The notes under the pieces were generated by a model. It worked only from the letters and a program-made list of their open reading frames with translations. It made no database searches and was not told the origin of the DNA. From assembly GCA_963819655.1 (NCBI GenBank), contig CAWFXA010000003.1:288001-352000 (forward strand): a DNA stretch of 64,000 nucleotides, written 5' to 3'. The DNA comes from an uncultured Chloroflexia bacterium. GTDB lineage: Bacteria; Chloroflexota; Limnocylindria; Limnocylindrales; CSP1-4. The stretch's first letter is position 1. Each line of letters begins with the position of its first letter. Positions 40,646 through 50,439 of the stretch are shown piece by piece. Position numbers and translations under genes: made by a program.

Positions 40646-41668
40646 TCAGGAAGCCGGCGTCGGGCCGGGCGTGATCACGACCTTGGTCGCGTCCCCGGAA
40701 CGTAGCAGGTCGAGGCCTTCGGCCAGACGCTCCAGCGGCAGGACGTGCGTGACGATCGGGGCGAGAGGCAGAGATCCGCCCTCGACCAGCCTGATCGCCG
40801 TGGGGAAGGTGAACGCGGTCACGTACGAGCCCAGCACCGAGAGCGACCGTTCGGTGATCGTGTACTGGTGGATCGGCGGCCGGGCGGTCTGGTTCTGGCC
40901 GAACAGCACGATCCGGCCCCCGAGAGCCGCGTGCTCGACCGCCGTTCCGAACTGGTTGCCGACCGCGTCGACCAGCACATCTGCGCCGGCGGGCAGCAAC
41001 CCGGGACGGCGTTCGGCCAGCTCGGCCGGTGAGACGACGACATCGGCGCCGACGGCGGTGGCAACCGCGCCTCGCGCGGCCTGCGGTTCGACCACGACGA
41101 CGGGGCCGGCGCCGGCGGCCTTGAACATGGCGAGGAACAGGCAACCGATGGCGCCTGCGCCGAAGATGATGGCGGACTCGCCCGGTCTGGGATCGGCCTT
41201 GTTGACCCCGTTCACGACGCAGGCGAGCGGCTCGATGAGCGCGGCGATCGATGCGGGCGGAGCATCCGACAGGGGGAAGACTGCGCCGGCCGGCGCCTTG
41301 ACCGAGCGGGCAAGCGCGCCGTCCCGGAAGATTCCAAGCGCCACAGCGTTCTCGCAGCTCGCCGGCCGACCGGCCCGGCACGGGCCGCAGACGCCGCACT
41401 TCGGATCGGGGTCGACGGTCACGCGCTGGCCGACCGCGAGGCCGTTCGCGTTGCTGCCCGTGGCCCGGACGCGGCCGATGAACTCGTGGCCCATGACGAC
41501 GCCGGCATTGGCCGGGTGACCCGGTGGGACGTTGAGGATCTGGAGGTCCGTGCCGCAGATTCCGCACGCCTCGACCTCGATGACGACATCGTCGGGCGCC
41601 TCGACGGTCGGTTCCGGAACTTCTTCGAGCTCGACGGCACCGGAGCCCTTGAAGACGGCTGCTCGCAT
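40646..41668 (-). CDS. Zn-dependent alcohol/polyol dehydrogenase (MDR)
   Basis: CGICGTD, GHEF, CGVCGPC...C structural Zn site, GAGAIG. Confidence 0.9.
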   Translation of the reverse strand: MRAAVFKGSGAVELEEVPEPTVEAPDDVVIEVEACGICGTDLQILNVPPGHPANAGVVMGHEFIGRVRATGSNANGLAVGQRVTVDPDPKCGVCGPCRAGRPASCENAVALGIFRDGALARSVKAPAGAVFPLSDAPPASIAALIEPLACVVNGVNKADPRPGESAIIFGAGAIGCLFLAMFKAAGAGPVVVVEPQAARGAVATAVGADVVVSPAELAERRPGLLPAGADVLVDAVGNQFGTAVEHAALGGRIVLFGQNQTARPPIHQYTITERSLSVLGSYVTAFTFPTAIRLVEGGSLPLAPIVTHVLPLERLAEGLDLLRSGDATKVVITPGPTPAS

Positions 41669-42532
41669 CAGGGTCGAGCGGGCTCCGCCCCTCGGCGCCG
41701 TCCCAGGCGACGCGTTTGTCCCAGGACGAGCGACGCGACCCCGAAGAGTAGGAGCGTGGCCACCAGCATGATCGTGGCCACCGCGTTGATGTCCGGTGTC
41801 ACCCCGAACTTGACCTGAGTGTAGATGTAGGTCGGCAGCGTGGGCTGTGACCCGACCGTGAACCAGGTGATCACGAACTCGTCGATCGAGAGGGTCACGC
41901 TGATCAGGGCGCCGGCCAGGATCGCCGGCGCGATGAGGGGCAGGACGATGTGGCGGATGGCCTGTCGCGGGGAGGCGCCGAGATCGGCGGCCGCCCACTC
42001 GAGCGCACGGTCGAACCCATGTAAGCCGCGAGGCCACGATGAGCACGACGAACGGAACCGTGACCACGAGTTGGCCTGCGATCACGGTCAGGAGCGAGAG
42101 CTGCAGATCGGCGGCTCGCGCGAAGTAGATCAGCAGGGCAACGCCGATCAGCACGCCGGGCACCATGATCGGCAGGGTGAAGGCGATCCGGGTGGCGTTC
42201 GGATAACGGATCCCGCCCCGAACCAGCACGAATGCGGCCATCGTTCCGATGATCGTGGCCAGGACCGATACGACGGCTGCGACGGTGACCGTATTCCCCA
42301 CCGCCCGCAGGAGCTGGCGATTGTCGAGTAGCACCTCGTACCAGTGGAGGGTCAGGCCCGTGATCGGCAGCCCCGGCGTCCGGGACTCGTCGAATGAGAA
42401 CAGGATCATGAAAACGATCGGCAGGTAGAGGAAGACCATCAGGGCGCCGAAACAGACGCGAAACCCCCACCGCACCGCGCTCGCATATCGGCTGACGGGC
42501 ATCGTCTCGAGGGGATCGACCCGACTAGCCAC
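41668..42532 (-). CDS. potC: PotC-like ABC permease, +1 frameshift near 42023 (probable sequence error)
   Basis: FLYLPI, TLHWY; the other frame continues GFDRALEWAAADLGA...SIDEF...PTLP...NAVAT. Confidence 0.85.
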
Positions 42533-43442
42533 GCGCGTACAGGTCCTCGACCCGGAGGTACTTGCGGAAGACGATCAGGAGCACCAGGACGAACGCGGCG
42601 ATCATGAAGCTCAGGGCCGCACCCTCCGGGATCAGGGCGTTCCCAAAGAAGTTCGTGATGAGATTGGCGATCAGGAGGCCCTGCGCTCCGCCGACCATGG
42701 TCGGCGTCAGGAACTCACCGAGGATCGGGATGAACACGAAGATGCAGGCGGTGATGATCCCGGGTCGGATCTGGGGCAGCAGGATGTGTCGGAACGCCCC
42801 GATCGGGCGCGCCCCGAGGTCCTGGGCAGCCGTCAGCTGGGTGAAGTCGAAGCGATCGAGGGCGGCGTAGAGGACCAGCGCGGCGAACGGGACGTAGACG
42901 TAGACCAGGACGATGAAGACGCTGACGTCGTTGTAAACGAACAGGAGCGAGGGCTCCGAGATCACCCCGATCGACATGAGCACCTGGTTGAGGGCGCCCC
43001 GCTCGCCGAGGATCGCCTGCCACGAGTAGACGCGCAGCAGGTAGCTCGTCCAGAAAGGCACGATGATCACGAGGAGCGCCAGCCGCGCCCAGCGCCGGGA
43101 GACGTAGCGGGCCAGGAAGTAGGCCACGGCGAAGGCGATCACCAGGCAGGCGATCGTGACCACGCCTCCCATCAGCATGGTCTTCAGGAGTGTCCGGACG
43201 TAGGCCGGGTTGCTGAAGAAATTGGCGTAGTTGTGGAAGCCCAGGGCCGGCACGACATCGAGGTTCTCGTCCGTCTTCCAGAACGAGAAGAAGAGCATCA
43301 ACGCGAGCGGGACGAAGAAGAGACCGACGAGGATCAGCCCGGCCGGCAGGAAGGGCGCCAGCCGCCGCAGCCTGGCCGCCCGACCGAGATCGACGTTCGT
43401 CGGCGAGGCCACGACGGCCCCGCCGACGACTTCCGCGGACAT
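42525..43442 (-). CDS. potB: PotB-like ABC permease
   Basis: PFWTSYLLRVYSW, AAQDLGA, FIPILGEF. Confidence 0.9.
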   Translation of the reverse strand: MSAEVVGGAVVASPTNVDLGRAARLRRLAPFLPAGLILVGLFFVPLALMLFFSFWKTDENLDVVPALGFHNYANFFSNPAYVRTLLKTMLMGGVVTIACLVIAFAVAYFLARYVSRRWARLALLVIIVPFWTSYLLRVYSWQAILGERGALNQVLMSIGVISEPSLLFVYNDVSVFIVLVYVYVPFAALVLYAALDRFDFTQLTAAQDLGARPIGAFRHILLPQIRPGIITACIFVFIPILGEFLTPTMVGGAQGLLIANLITNFFGNALIPEGAALSFMIAAFVLVLLIVFRKYLRVEDLYARG

Positions 43443-43451
43443 CAGCCGCGA

Positions 43452-44567
43452 CTAGGCTCCGAAGATCTCGTTGAAGAGCTGGATCGACGCCGCAGTCGAC
43501 GATCCCGGACCCTTCAGGACGGAGTTCGCGAGGGTCGCCTCCGCCTCGTTGTAGTGGTACCGGTCGGCTCGGTCCTTGTGACCCTGGTCGACGAGGAGCT
43601 TGTAGGCCGCTTCGTTGAACAGCGGTCGACCGTGAAGGATGAAGTTCTCAGCGATGTTCGCTGCGACGTCCGCCTTCTCGATGTACGGCTTGATCAGGGC
43701 CTTGTTCGCCCCCTCCTTGACGGTCATCTCGGCGTCCATCCAGGCGACGGTTCCCTCCTTCGGGATGTAGCCCATCACCTCGGGTCCACCGGCGTCCTTC
43801 ACCTGGTCCTCGGTCCCGGCGTTCCCGGTGATCAGATAGGCCTCCCCGCTGATGAGCGCCTGACGACTGTCGGTGGCCTGCTGCGCGAAGTGCAGGACGT
43901 TCGGCTTCAGCCTCTCGAGATAACCCTTGACCGTGCCAAGTTGATCAGCCGTCAGATCGTACGGCTTGTCGAAGCCCGCGGCTCTCGCCATGTAGGCGAC
44001 GATCTCCTCGGGCTGCTTCTCGACCACGACTCGGCCCTTGTACTTGGGGTCGAGCAGGGCCTCCCACGAGTCGGGGGCAGGGCTGACGAATTCTGGGTTG
44101 TAGTAGATGCTGATCGGCGACCAGGCGAACGGGTAGCCAAGGTAGCCCTCTGGGGTCGTCCAGATGTCGAACTCCCTCGCGAACGGGTAGAGCTCCTTGG
44201 CGACCTGAAGCTCGTTGATGTCGAACGGCTCGATGAGCCCCTCCTTGTGATAAGCGTCGGGCAGCCACAGGGCGTCGGCCGACACCATGTCGAGCTGGCC
44301 CTTTACCTCCTTGAGCTTGGCGAATCCTTCTGCGTTGCCGGACAGCTCGCTGATGTTTGCCGTGATCTTGTCGGAGGCCTCGATGGCCTTGAGGTGGGGG
44401 TCCATGTAATGGTCGCCCCAGGTCATCCAGTTGAACGTCCCGCCCTGCGCGGTCTGACCGACGACGTTGCACGCGGCTGTGATGCCGCCGAGTGACGCGG
44501 TGGCGCCGACGGCTGCCGACGCCTGCAGGAATTGCCGGCGCGACAGGCGGTAGTCGATCTCAGTCAT
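43452..44567 (-). CDS. PotD/PotF-like substrate-binding protein with Tat/lipoprotein signal
   Basis: SRRQFL...TAAC, WMTWGDHY, PDSWEALLDPKYKG, PKEGTVAWMD. Confidence 0.9.
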   Translation of the reverse strand: MTEIDYRLSRRQFLQASAAVGATASLGGITAACNVVGQTAQGGTFNWMTWGDHYMDPHLKAIEASDKITANISELSGNAEGFAKLKEVKGQLDMVSADALWLPDAYHKEGLIEPFDINELQVAKELYPFAREFDIWTTPEGYLGYPFAWSPISIYYNPEFVSPAPDSWEALLDPKYKGRVVVEKQPEEIVAYMARAAGFDKPYDLTADQLGTVKGYLERLKPNVLHFAQQATDSRQALISGEAYLITGNAGTEDQVKDAGGPEVMGYIPKEGTVAWMDAEMTVKEGANKALIKPYIEKADVAANIAENFILHGRPLFNEAAYKLLVDQGHKDRADRYHYNEAEATLANSVLKGPGSSTAASIQLFNEIFGA

Positions 44568-45717
44568 GTTCCAAACCTCCTCCAGAATCCTCGCTCGACC
44601 CGGGCTGGTCGCCGGCCGACACGACCGTTGACTCGCGCGGATCCCACCAAACGTGTACCTCTCGATCCAACATGCCCTCCTCGACAGCCTGCTCGTCCGA
44701 CTCGCCATGGAAACGAAGGGCGACGAGGATCCCGGCGTCGGTCTGGACCGTGATCCTGGTGTGATTGCCCATGAACGCGACGTTGGTCGCGCGGCCGCCG
44801 ATCACGACCGCCGGTGTCGAGCCGGCTGGCGCCTCATCCCCGACCCCGAGGGACTCGGGCCGAATCATCAGCGCCAGGCGACCGTTCCGGCTGCCCGTGG
44901 CGTCGATCGGTGCCGGGACGAGCGTCCCGTCGCGTAACTGGAAGCGGGCGCCGGCGCCCTCGTCGGCAAGGAGGCCGTCGAGGAAGTTCGATTCGCCGAT
45001 GAAGTCGGCGACGAACCGGTCGACCGGGCGCTGGTAGATCTCGCGCGGCGAACCGAGCTGGCGCACCCGGCCGCCGGACATGACGGCGACCCGCGTCGCC
45101 ATCGATAGGGCCTCTTCCTGGTCGTGGGTGACGAAGACGAACGTCGTGCCGACCTGGCGATGGATCCGTGCCAGCTCGACCTGCATCTGCTTGCGCAGTT
45201 TGAGATCGAGCGCTCCGAGTGGCTCGTCGAGGAGCAGCACGGCTGGTCGCTTTGCGAGTGCGCGGGCGAGCGCAACCCGCTGGGCCTGGCCGCCTGACAG
45301 CTGGCCCGGATACCGGTCGCGGTACTCGGCCAGGCCCACCAGCTCGAGATACTCCGCGACACGCCCACGGACCTCGCCGCCTTCCAGGCCCTCCATCCGC
45401 AGACCGAACGCGACGTTGTCGGCGACGGACATGTGCGGGAAGAGCGCGTAGTTCTGGAAGACGGTGTTCACGTTGCGCTGGTGGGGGGGCAGGTCGTTGA
45501 CCCGCCTCCCTTCGATGCGTAGCTCGCCCGACGTCAGCGGGATGAACCCGCCGATCAGGTTGAGCGTCGTCGTCTTGCCGCATCCGGACGGCCCGAGCAG
45601 GCAGAAGAACTCGCCCAATTCGATGCGCAGCGAGATCCCATCGAGTGCCACGGCATCGCCATAGCGCTTCGTGACGTCCACGAGCTCGATCGCCGGGGTG
45701 ACCTCGGGGCTCGTCAT
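44560..45717 (-). CDS. potA: PotA-like ABC ATPase
   Basis: GPSGCGKTT, VFQNYALFPH, LSGGQ, LLDEPLGALD, VTHDQEEA. Confidence 0.95.
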   Translation of the reverse strand: MTSPEVTPAIELVDVTKRYGDAVALDGISLRIELGEFFCLLGPSGCGKTTTLNLIGGFIPLTSGELRIEGRRVNDLPPHQRNVNTVFQNYALFPHMSVADNVAFGLRMEGLEGGEVRGRVAEYLELVGLAEYRDRYPGQLSGGQAQRVALARALAKRPAVLLLDEPLGALDLKLRKQMQVELARIHRQVGTTFVFVTHDQEEALSMATRVAVMSGGRVRQLGSPREIYQRPVDRFVADFIGESNFLDGLLADEGAGARFQLRDGTLVPAPIDATGSRNGRLALMIRPESLGVGDEAPAGSTPAVVIGGRATNVAFMGNHTRITVQTDAGILVALRFHGESDEQAVEEGMLDREVHVWWDPRESTVVSAGDQPGSSEDSGGGLEHD

Positions 45718-46799
45718 GATCCGGTTGCCCGCCGGGCGGAGACGACTTCGGGCCTCGCCCGGCCACCGAGGCGCGTGGTGCGTGGCGGCGTGCTGTCCCC
45801 GACTACCAGGCGCACCGGCAGGACCTCAGAGACCGGCATGCGCCCGTCGCGCATCGACGCGACCAGCATCTCGACCGCGCGCCGACCGACTTCGACGGAC
45901 GGGACGTCGACCGTCGTCAGCCGAGGCCACGACTGGTGCGCGGCGGGGATGCCGTCGAACCCCGCCAGGGCCATGTCGCCCGGAACCTCCAGCCGTGTCG
46001 AGCGCAGCGCATCGAGCAACGCGAGCGCCAGCTTGTCGTCATAGCAGAGGAGGGCATCCGGCGGATCGGCGGCCAGGATCCGGGCGACGGACGTCGCATC
46101 CCGCCATCCATCTGCACCGGCATCGAGGAAGCCCATCGGTGCGAGTGACAGCTCCTGCAAGGCTGTCGCGGCCGCCGCTCGGCGCATCGAATCCGAGGCA
46201 CCGCTACCCGGACCGACGAAGGTGATCCGGCGGTAGCCCCGCTCGACGAGATGACGGACCGTGGCGACAAAGCCCGCGCTGTCGTCGGTCCGGACGACTC
46301 CGCGTGCCGGGGGTTCGACGCCGTCCGCGAGGGCCGGATAATCCGGTTGGACGAAGACCACGCGATCGGCTGGGACGCGGGCGAGCACATCGGCGGGATC
46401 GCTCACGCACGACGCGACCGCGACGCCGTCGGCACGGTGTTCGACGAACGCTGTGAGGGCGCGCTCCTCGCGCTCCAGGTCGTGCAGCCCGGTCATGATG
46501 AAGACTGCATATCCCTGGGCGGCGGCGGCTTCCTCGAAACCCGCGGCGACCTTGCCATGGACGGGGTCGGCGAGGTCGTCGAGGAGCAGGCCGAGGATGT
46601 GTGTCCGGCGGGCGCGCAGGCTGCGCGCCGCGGCGTTCGGGACGTAGCCGAGCTTGAGTGCAGCGGCGCGAACCGTCGCACGCGTCGCCTCGCCGATCCG
46701 GGGGTCGTCCTTCAGCGCGCGCGACGCCGTCGCCTCGGACGTCCCGGCGCTCCGGGCGACGTCGGCGAGAACGACCCGTCGTTCAGGGGTTCGGCGCAT
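45714..46799 (-). CDS. LacI family transcriptional regulator (3)
   Basis: LADVARSAGTSEATASRAL, YVPNAAARSL, GFDG, PRLTT; ATGA overlap with potA. Confidence 0.95.
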   Translation of the reverse strand: MRRTPERRVVLADVARSAGTSEATASRALKDDPRIGEATRATVRAAALKLGYVPNAAARSLRARRTHILGLLLDDLADPVHGKVAAGFEEAAAAQGYAVFIMTGLHDLEREERALTAFVEHRADGVAVASCVSDPADVLARVPADRVVFVQPDYPALADGVEPPARGVVRTDDSAGFVATVRHLVERGYRRITFVGPGSGASDSMRRAAAATALQELSLAPMGFLDAGADGWRDATSVARILAADPPDALLCYDDKLALALLDALRSTRLEVPGDMALAGFDGIPAAHQSWPRLTTVDVPSVEVGRRAVEMLVASMRDGRMPVSEVLPVRLVVGDSTPPRTTRLGGRARPEVVSARRATGS

Positions 46800-46925
46800 C
46801 AGGCTCGTCTAGACGGGCCGTTGCGGCCGAATGAGGATGATCCCATCGGCTCTCCCGCCGGATGGGCCAGCACAGGCACCCAAAGACCGATGCCCCTCCG
46901 CTTCCGCGATGCATCCGGTGGCTTG

Positions 46926-46971
46926 TGCAATCGGTTGCGCGGAAGCTAGCATACCGATGCGAGAGGGTCAA
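46926..46971 (-). promoter_or_regulatory. Sigma70 promoter plus LacI-type operator
   Basis: Operator TGCAATCGGTTGCG at 46926-46939; minus strand TTGACC-17-(TGn)TAGCTT. Confidence 0.7.
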
Positions 46972-46991
46972 CGCACGTTGTCGCGGGAGGG

Positions 46992-49640
46992 TTGAAGCGG
47001 CGTGGCAGGGCCAAGAAGACGGACCGCCGGCCCGCGTCGATGACGCCGCCACGGGCGACCGATCTCGCGACACCGGTGGACCTGCGGCACCATCGGAACG
47101 TCACCCCGGACGAGCTCGCATCCCGGTTCCATCCCGGCTACCGCGAGGCCATCCTGCGGCTGCCGACCGGACGGCGCGTCTACCGTGGGCTCCCGTTCCA
47201 GTTCGCCCGCACGACGGCGGCACGCACGACGACCAGAAACCGTTGGCTCCTGCTCGACCGCGAGCTCGACGTGGACCTGCGGGGCGTCGGATCGGTCACC
47301 CATCTCGTCCTTGCCCAGTTCTGCGACGCGTGGCGCGATCCGCTCGACGGCCGGCCGCCGGACCTGCCGATCGGCTGGGTCACGCCGGTCGGGCAACAGC
47401 TGGTTCGGTATGCGCTCGAGCAGGCCTCCGGACGGATGATCGAGGGTGTCATGCGGCGGCGGTTCGAGCTGAACGAGGGCATCGTCGGGTGGGGGCAGGG
47501 CGCCTTCGCCGCGGTGCCGCATCACGTCGACACGCCGCTCGACTGGCGCGGTCCGTACCCGGCCGCTGCACCCGGCGGGTATGCCGCGCCCGGCCATGCG
47601 GGTCTGCTCGGGATCCTGCCGGGCAGCTGGGGCCCGGCCCAGACCGGCGTGTCTGATTCGGTGCCGAGCCCGACCGGCGACATCGCCCTGTGGCTCCACG
47701 TGATCGAGATCCTGGACGGTCCGTCCGACCTCGCCCGGCTGCGCCTCGAGCCGCTCGCGCCGCTCGCGGCTGGAGGTGGTGTCGTCGTCGCAGCCATCAC
47801 GGCTTTCCGCGGGACCGCGTCGCCGCTGGCCCTGGAGCCACGGCGGACCCTCCGGTTGGAGGACGACGCGGGCGTCCGGTCGGTGGCCGTTGACCTCGGC
47901 CAGGTGTTCCGGGAGCGTCCGGCTCCAGCCACGGTCACGGCACGAAGCGACGTCACGCCGGCGATCGTCGGGTGGGGGACCCCGCGGATCGACGTGGACC
48001 CGACTGGCGGTGTGCTCGTCGACCTGGCGATGGCGGCGGACGCGACGATCGACGTGGGAGGGGAACGCGTCTCGGCGGCGCGGCTGCCGGCAGATGGCGA
48101 CCGGCGCCAGTTCGGCGCCGTCACGATCGAATCCCTGCCGGCACGGACCCGCCGTGTCGACGTCGAGATCGTCGATGCCCGGACCGGCGAACCGGTCCCG
48201 GCGCGTGTCCGCTTCGAGGCGGCGGACGGGCGCTACCTCCAGCCGCTCGGACACCGAGACGAGATCAACCCAGGTCTCAACGAGGACACCGGCGCGGACC
48301 TTGTGCTCGGCGCCGCGACCTACGCGTATGTCCCCGGACGCTTCCCGATCGAGTTGCCGGTCGGTGAGGTGCAGGTGGAGGTGGTCCGTGGCTTCGGCTA
48401 CCGCCCGCTCCGGCTATCGATCGATATCGACGGTGGTCGGGCACCGCTTGTCCTGCCGCTCGAGCCGGTCGCCGGGCCGGCCGGCACCGGCTGGATCGCC
48501 GTCGACTGCCACGTCCATTTCATCTCACCCACCTCGGCGCTCCTCCAGGCGCGGGCCGAGGGCGTGGCCATCGTCAACCTGCTGGCGACGCAATGGGGAG
48601 ACCACCACACGAGCATCGCCGACCTGCCGGCCGCCGTCGTCGCCGATCCATCCGGCGAGCACATGGTGGTGATGGGCAGCGAGAACCGCCAGAACATGCT
48701 CGGCCACATCGGCCTCCTCGGCGCGTCCGATGCCGTGCTGCCGATGGCGAGCGCCGGCGCCCCGGAAGCGCGCCTGGGCGACCCTCTGGATCGGCTGATG
48801 GGCGACTGGGCCGACGCTGCCCGTGACCAGGGCGGTCTGGCGGTCGCCGTCCATTTCCCGCTGCCCTATGCGGAGATCGCCGCGGACATCGTGTCGGGCA
48901 AGATCGACGCCGTCGAGATGCAGGCGCTCACGCCCGACATCGATGGTCCGTCGATCCGCGAGTGGTACCGCTTCCTCAACTGCGGCTACCGGCTGCCCGT
49001 GGTCGGCGGCACGGACAAGATGTCGGCCGAGATCCCCCTCGGCGCGATCCGGACGTACGCGCGCATCGACCACGAGGCGCCCATCTCGTTCGGCGCGTGG
49101 GCGGACGCGGTCCGGGCCGGCCGGACGTTCGTGTCGTCCGGGACGTTCGTGGACCTGCAGGTCGAAGGCTGCGGGCCGGGCGACGTCATCCGCCTGGGGC
49201 GTGACGGCGGGACCGTCGAGGTGCGGGCGGTCGCATCCGCCGCGCAACCCGTCATCGATCGGCTCGAGCTCATCCACGACGGCGCCGTCGTGGCGGTCGC
49301 GACGGGGGGCGGTGTCGAGCGCGTGACCCTTTCCGAGCGGGTCTCGGTCTCGACGGGCGGATGGCTGGCTGCCCGCGTCACGAGCCGCGAGCAGATCCAC
49401 TCGGGCTTCTCTACGAGCATGGGCGCCCACAGCTCCCCGGTCTACGTGGAGGTCCCAGGCCACCCGGCATTCGTGGCCGATGACGCTGCGGTCATCGGCA
49501 CGATCATCGACGGCGCCCGAACGTGGATCGAGACGATCGCGTCGGTCCGTTCGCCGGAGGAGCGGGCACGGCTTGCCTCCTACCTCACGGCGAGCCGGGC
49601 GACCCTGGACGACCTCATCCGCGACCGCTCGCGCGGCTGA
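46992..49640 (+). CDS. CehA/McbA family metallohydrolase (PHP-like; carbamate hydrolase family)
   Basis: DCHVHF, ENRQNMLGH, HFP, WYRFLNCGYRLPVVGGTDKM, RTY, GRTF, AHSSPVY. Start uncertain (46992 TTG or 47040 ATG). Confidence 0.8.
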   Translation: MKRRGRAKKTDRRPASMTPPRATDLATPVDLRHHRNVTPDELASRFHPGYREAILRLPTGRRVYRGLPFQFARTTAARTTTRNRWLLLDRELDVDLRGVGSVTHLVLAQFCDAWRDPLDGRPPDLPIGWVTPVGQQLVRYALEQASGRMIEGVMRRRFELNEGIVGWGQGAFAAVPHHVDTPLDWRGPYPAAAPGGYAAPGHAGLLGILPGSWGPAQTGVSDSVPSPTGDIALWLHVIEILDGPSDLARLRLEPLAPLAAGGGVVVAAITAFRGTASPLALEPRRTLRLEDDAGVRSVAVDLGQVFRERPAPATVTARSDVTPAIVGWGTPRIDVDPTGGVLVDLAMAADATIDVGGERVSAARLPADGDRRQFGAVTIESLPARTRRVDVEIVDARTGEPVPARVRFEAADGRYLQPLGHRDEINPGLNEDTGADLVLGAATYAYVPGRFPIELPVGEVQVEVVRGFGYRPLRLSIDIDGGRAPLVLPLEPVAGPAGTGWIAVDCHVHFISPTSALLQARAEGVAIVNLLATQWGDHHTSIADLPAAVVADPSGEHMVVMGSENRQNMLGHIGLLGASDAVLPMASAGAPEARLGDPLDRLMGDWADAARDQGGLAVAVHFPLPYAEIAADIVSGKIDAVEMQALTPDIDGPSIREWYRFLNCGYRLPVVGGTDKMSAEIPLGAIRTYARIDHEAPISFGAWADAVRAGRTFVSSGTFVDLQVEGCGPGDVIRLGRDGGTVEVRAVASAAQPVIDRLELIHDGAVVAVATGGGVERVTLSERVSVSTGGWLAARVTSREQIHSGFSTSMGAHSSPVYVEVPGHPAFVADDAAVIGTIIDGARTWIETIASVRSPEERARLASYLTASRATLDDLIRDRSRG

Positions 49641-49648
49641 GGCCCGGG

Positions 49649-50434
49649 CTACTCGATCGTCGTGATCTTCTCGAACGGCTGGCCGAGCGCCTCCGGCCCG
49701 ATCGTCGAGTAGCCGCCGTCGACCAGCAGCTCGGCCCCGGTCACGAACGACGCGCGATCCGACAGCAGGAACGCGACGGCGTGGGCGACCTCCTCGGGAT
49801 CGGCCATCCGACCGAGGGGCTGGAACTCCGCGGCCAGCGCGTCGGCCCGTTCGCGGGTGCCGTACCGCCGCTCGATGTTGCGGCTCCACATCCAGCCCGG
49901 TGAGACCGCATTGACGCGGATCCGGCGCGGTGCGAGGTGATGCGCCGAGCTCTTGACGAGCATCAGCAGCGCCGCCTTCGAGACGTTGTAGACGACGCGT
50001 GCCGGCTGCGAGACGTGGCCGCTGATCGACGCGACATGAACGATCGCGCCGCCTGCCGGCATCGCAGCGGCAGCCTTGGTCGTCAGCATCGCGGCCGACG
50101 CGACGTTGACGTCGAGCACGCGATCCCAGAGCTCGCGGCTGCTGCCGAGCCGCTCATCCTCGAACTCGGCGGTCGCGCCGACGACGCCGTCGAGCCGGCC
50201 GTGAGCGTCGACCGCGGTCGCGATCAGGCGATCGAGGTCGGCATCCTTCGACACGTCGGTTTCGACGAAGCGGGCCGCGTCCCCGAGCCGCCGCGCGACG
50301 GCCTTGCCGTGCTCCGCATCGCGGTCGGCCAGGACCACGCTGGCGCCCTCACCGACGAGGATCGATCCCATCGCCTCGCCGACGAACGACGCGGATGCCG
50401 TGATGACGACGACCTTGCCGTCGAACGCACCCAC
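49649..50434 (-). CDS. Short-chain dehydrogenase/reductase
   Basis: SISG...YNVSK, RVNAVSPG, VDGG; degenerate TASASFVG Rossmann motif. Confidence 0.9.
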   Translation of the reverse strand: MGAFDGKVVVITASASFVGEAMGSILVGEGASVVLADRDAEHGKAVARRLGDAARFVETDVSKDADLDRLIATAVDAHGRLDGVVGATAEFEDERLGSSRELWDRVLDVNVASAAMLTTKAAAAMPAGGAIVHVASISGHVSQPARVVYNVSKAALLMLVKSSAHHLAPRRIRVNAVSPGWMWSRNIERRYGTRERADALAAEFQPLGRMADPEEVAHAVAFLLSDRASFVTGAELLVDGGYSTIGPEALGQPFEKITTIE

Positions 50435-50439
50435 GGGTG

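Noticed and set aside
47002-47043. 13-codon Arg-rich uORF overlapping the ATG at 47040 of the CehA-like gene
   Set aside because: Could be chance or another indel; SD spacing is poor and there is no supporting structure.
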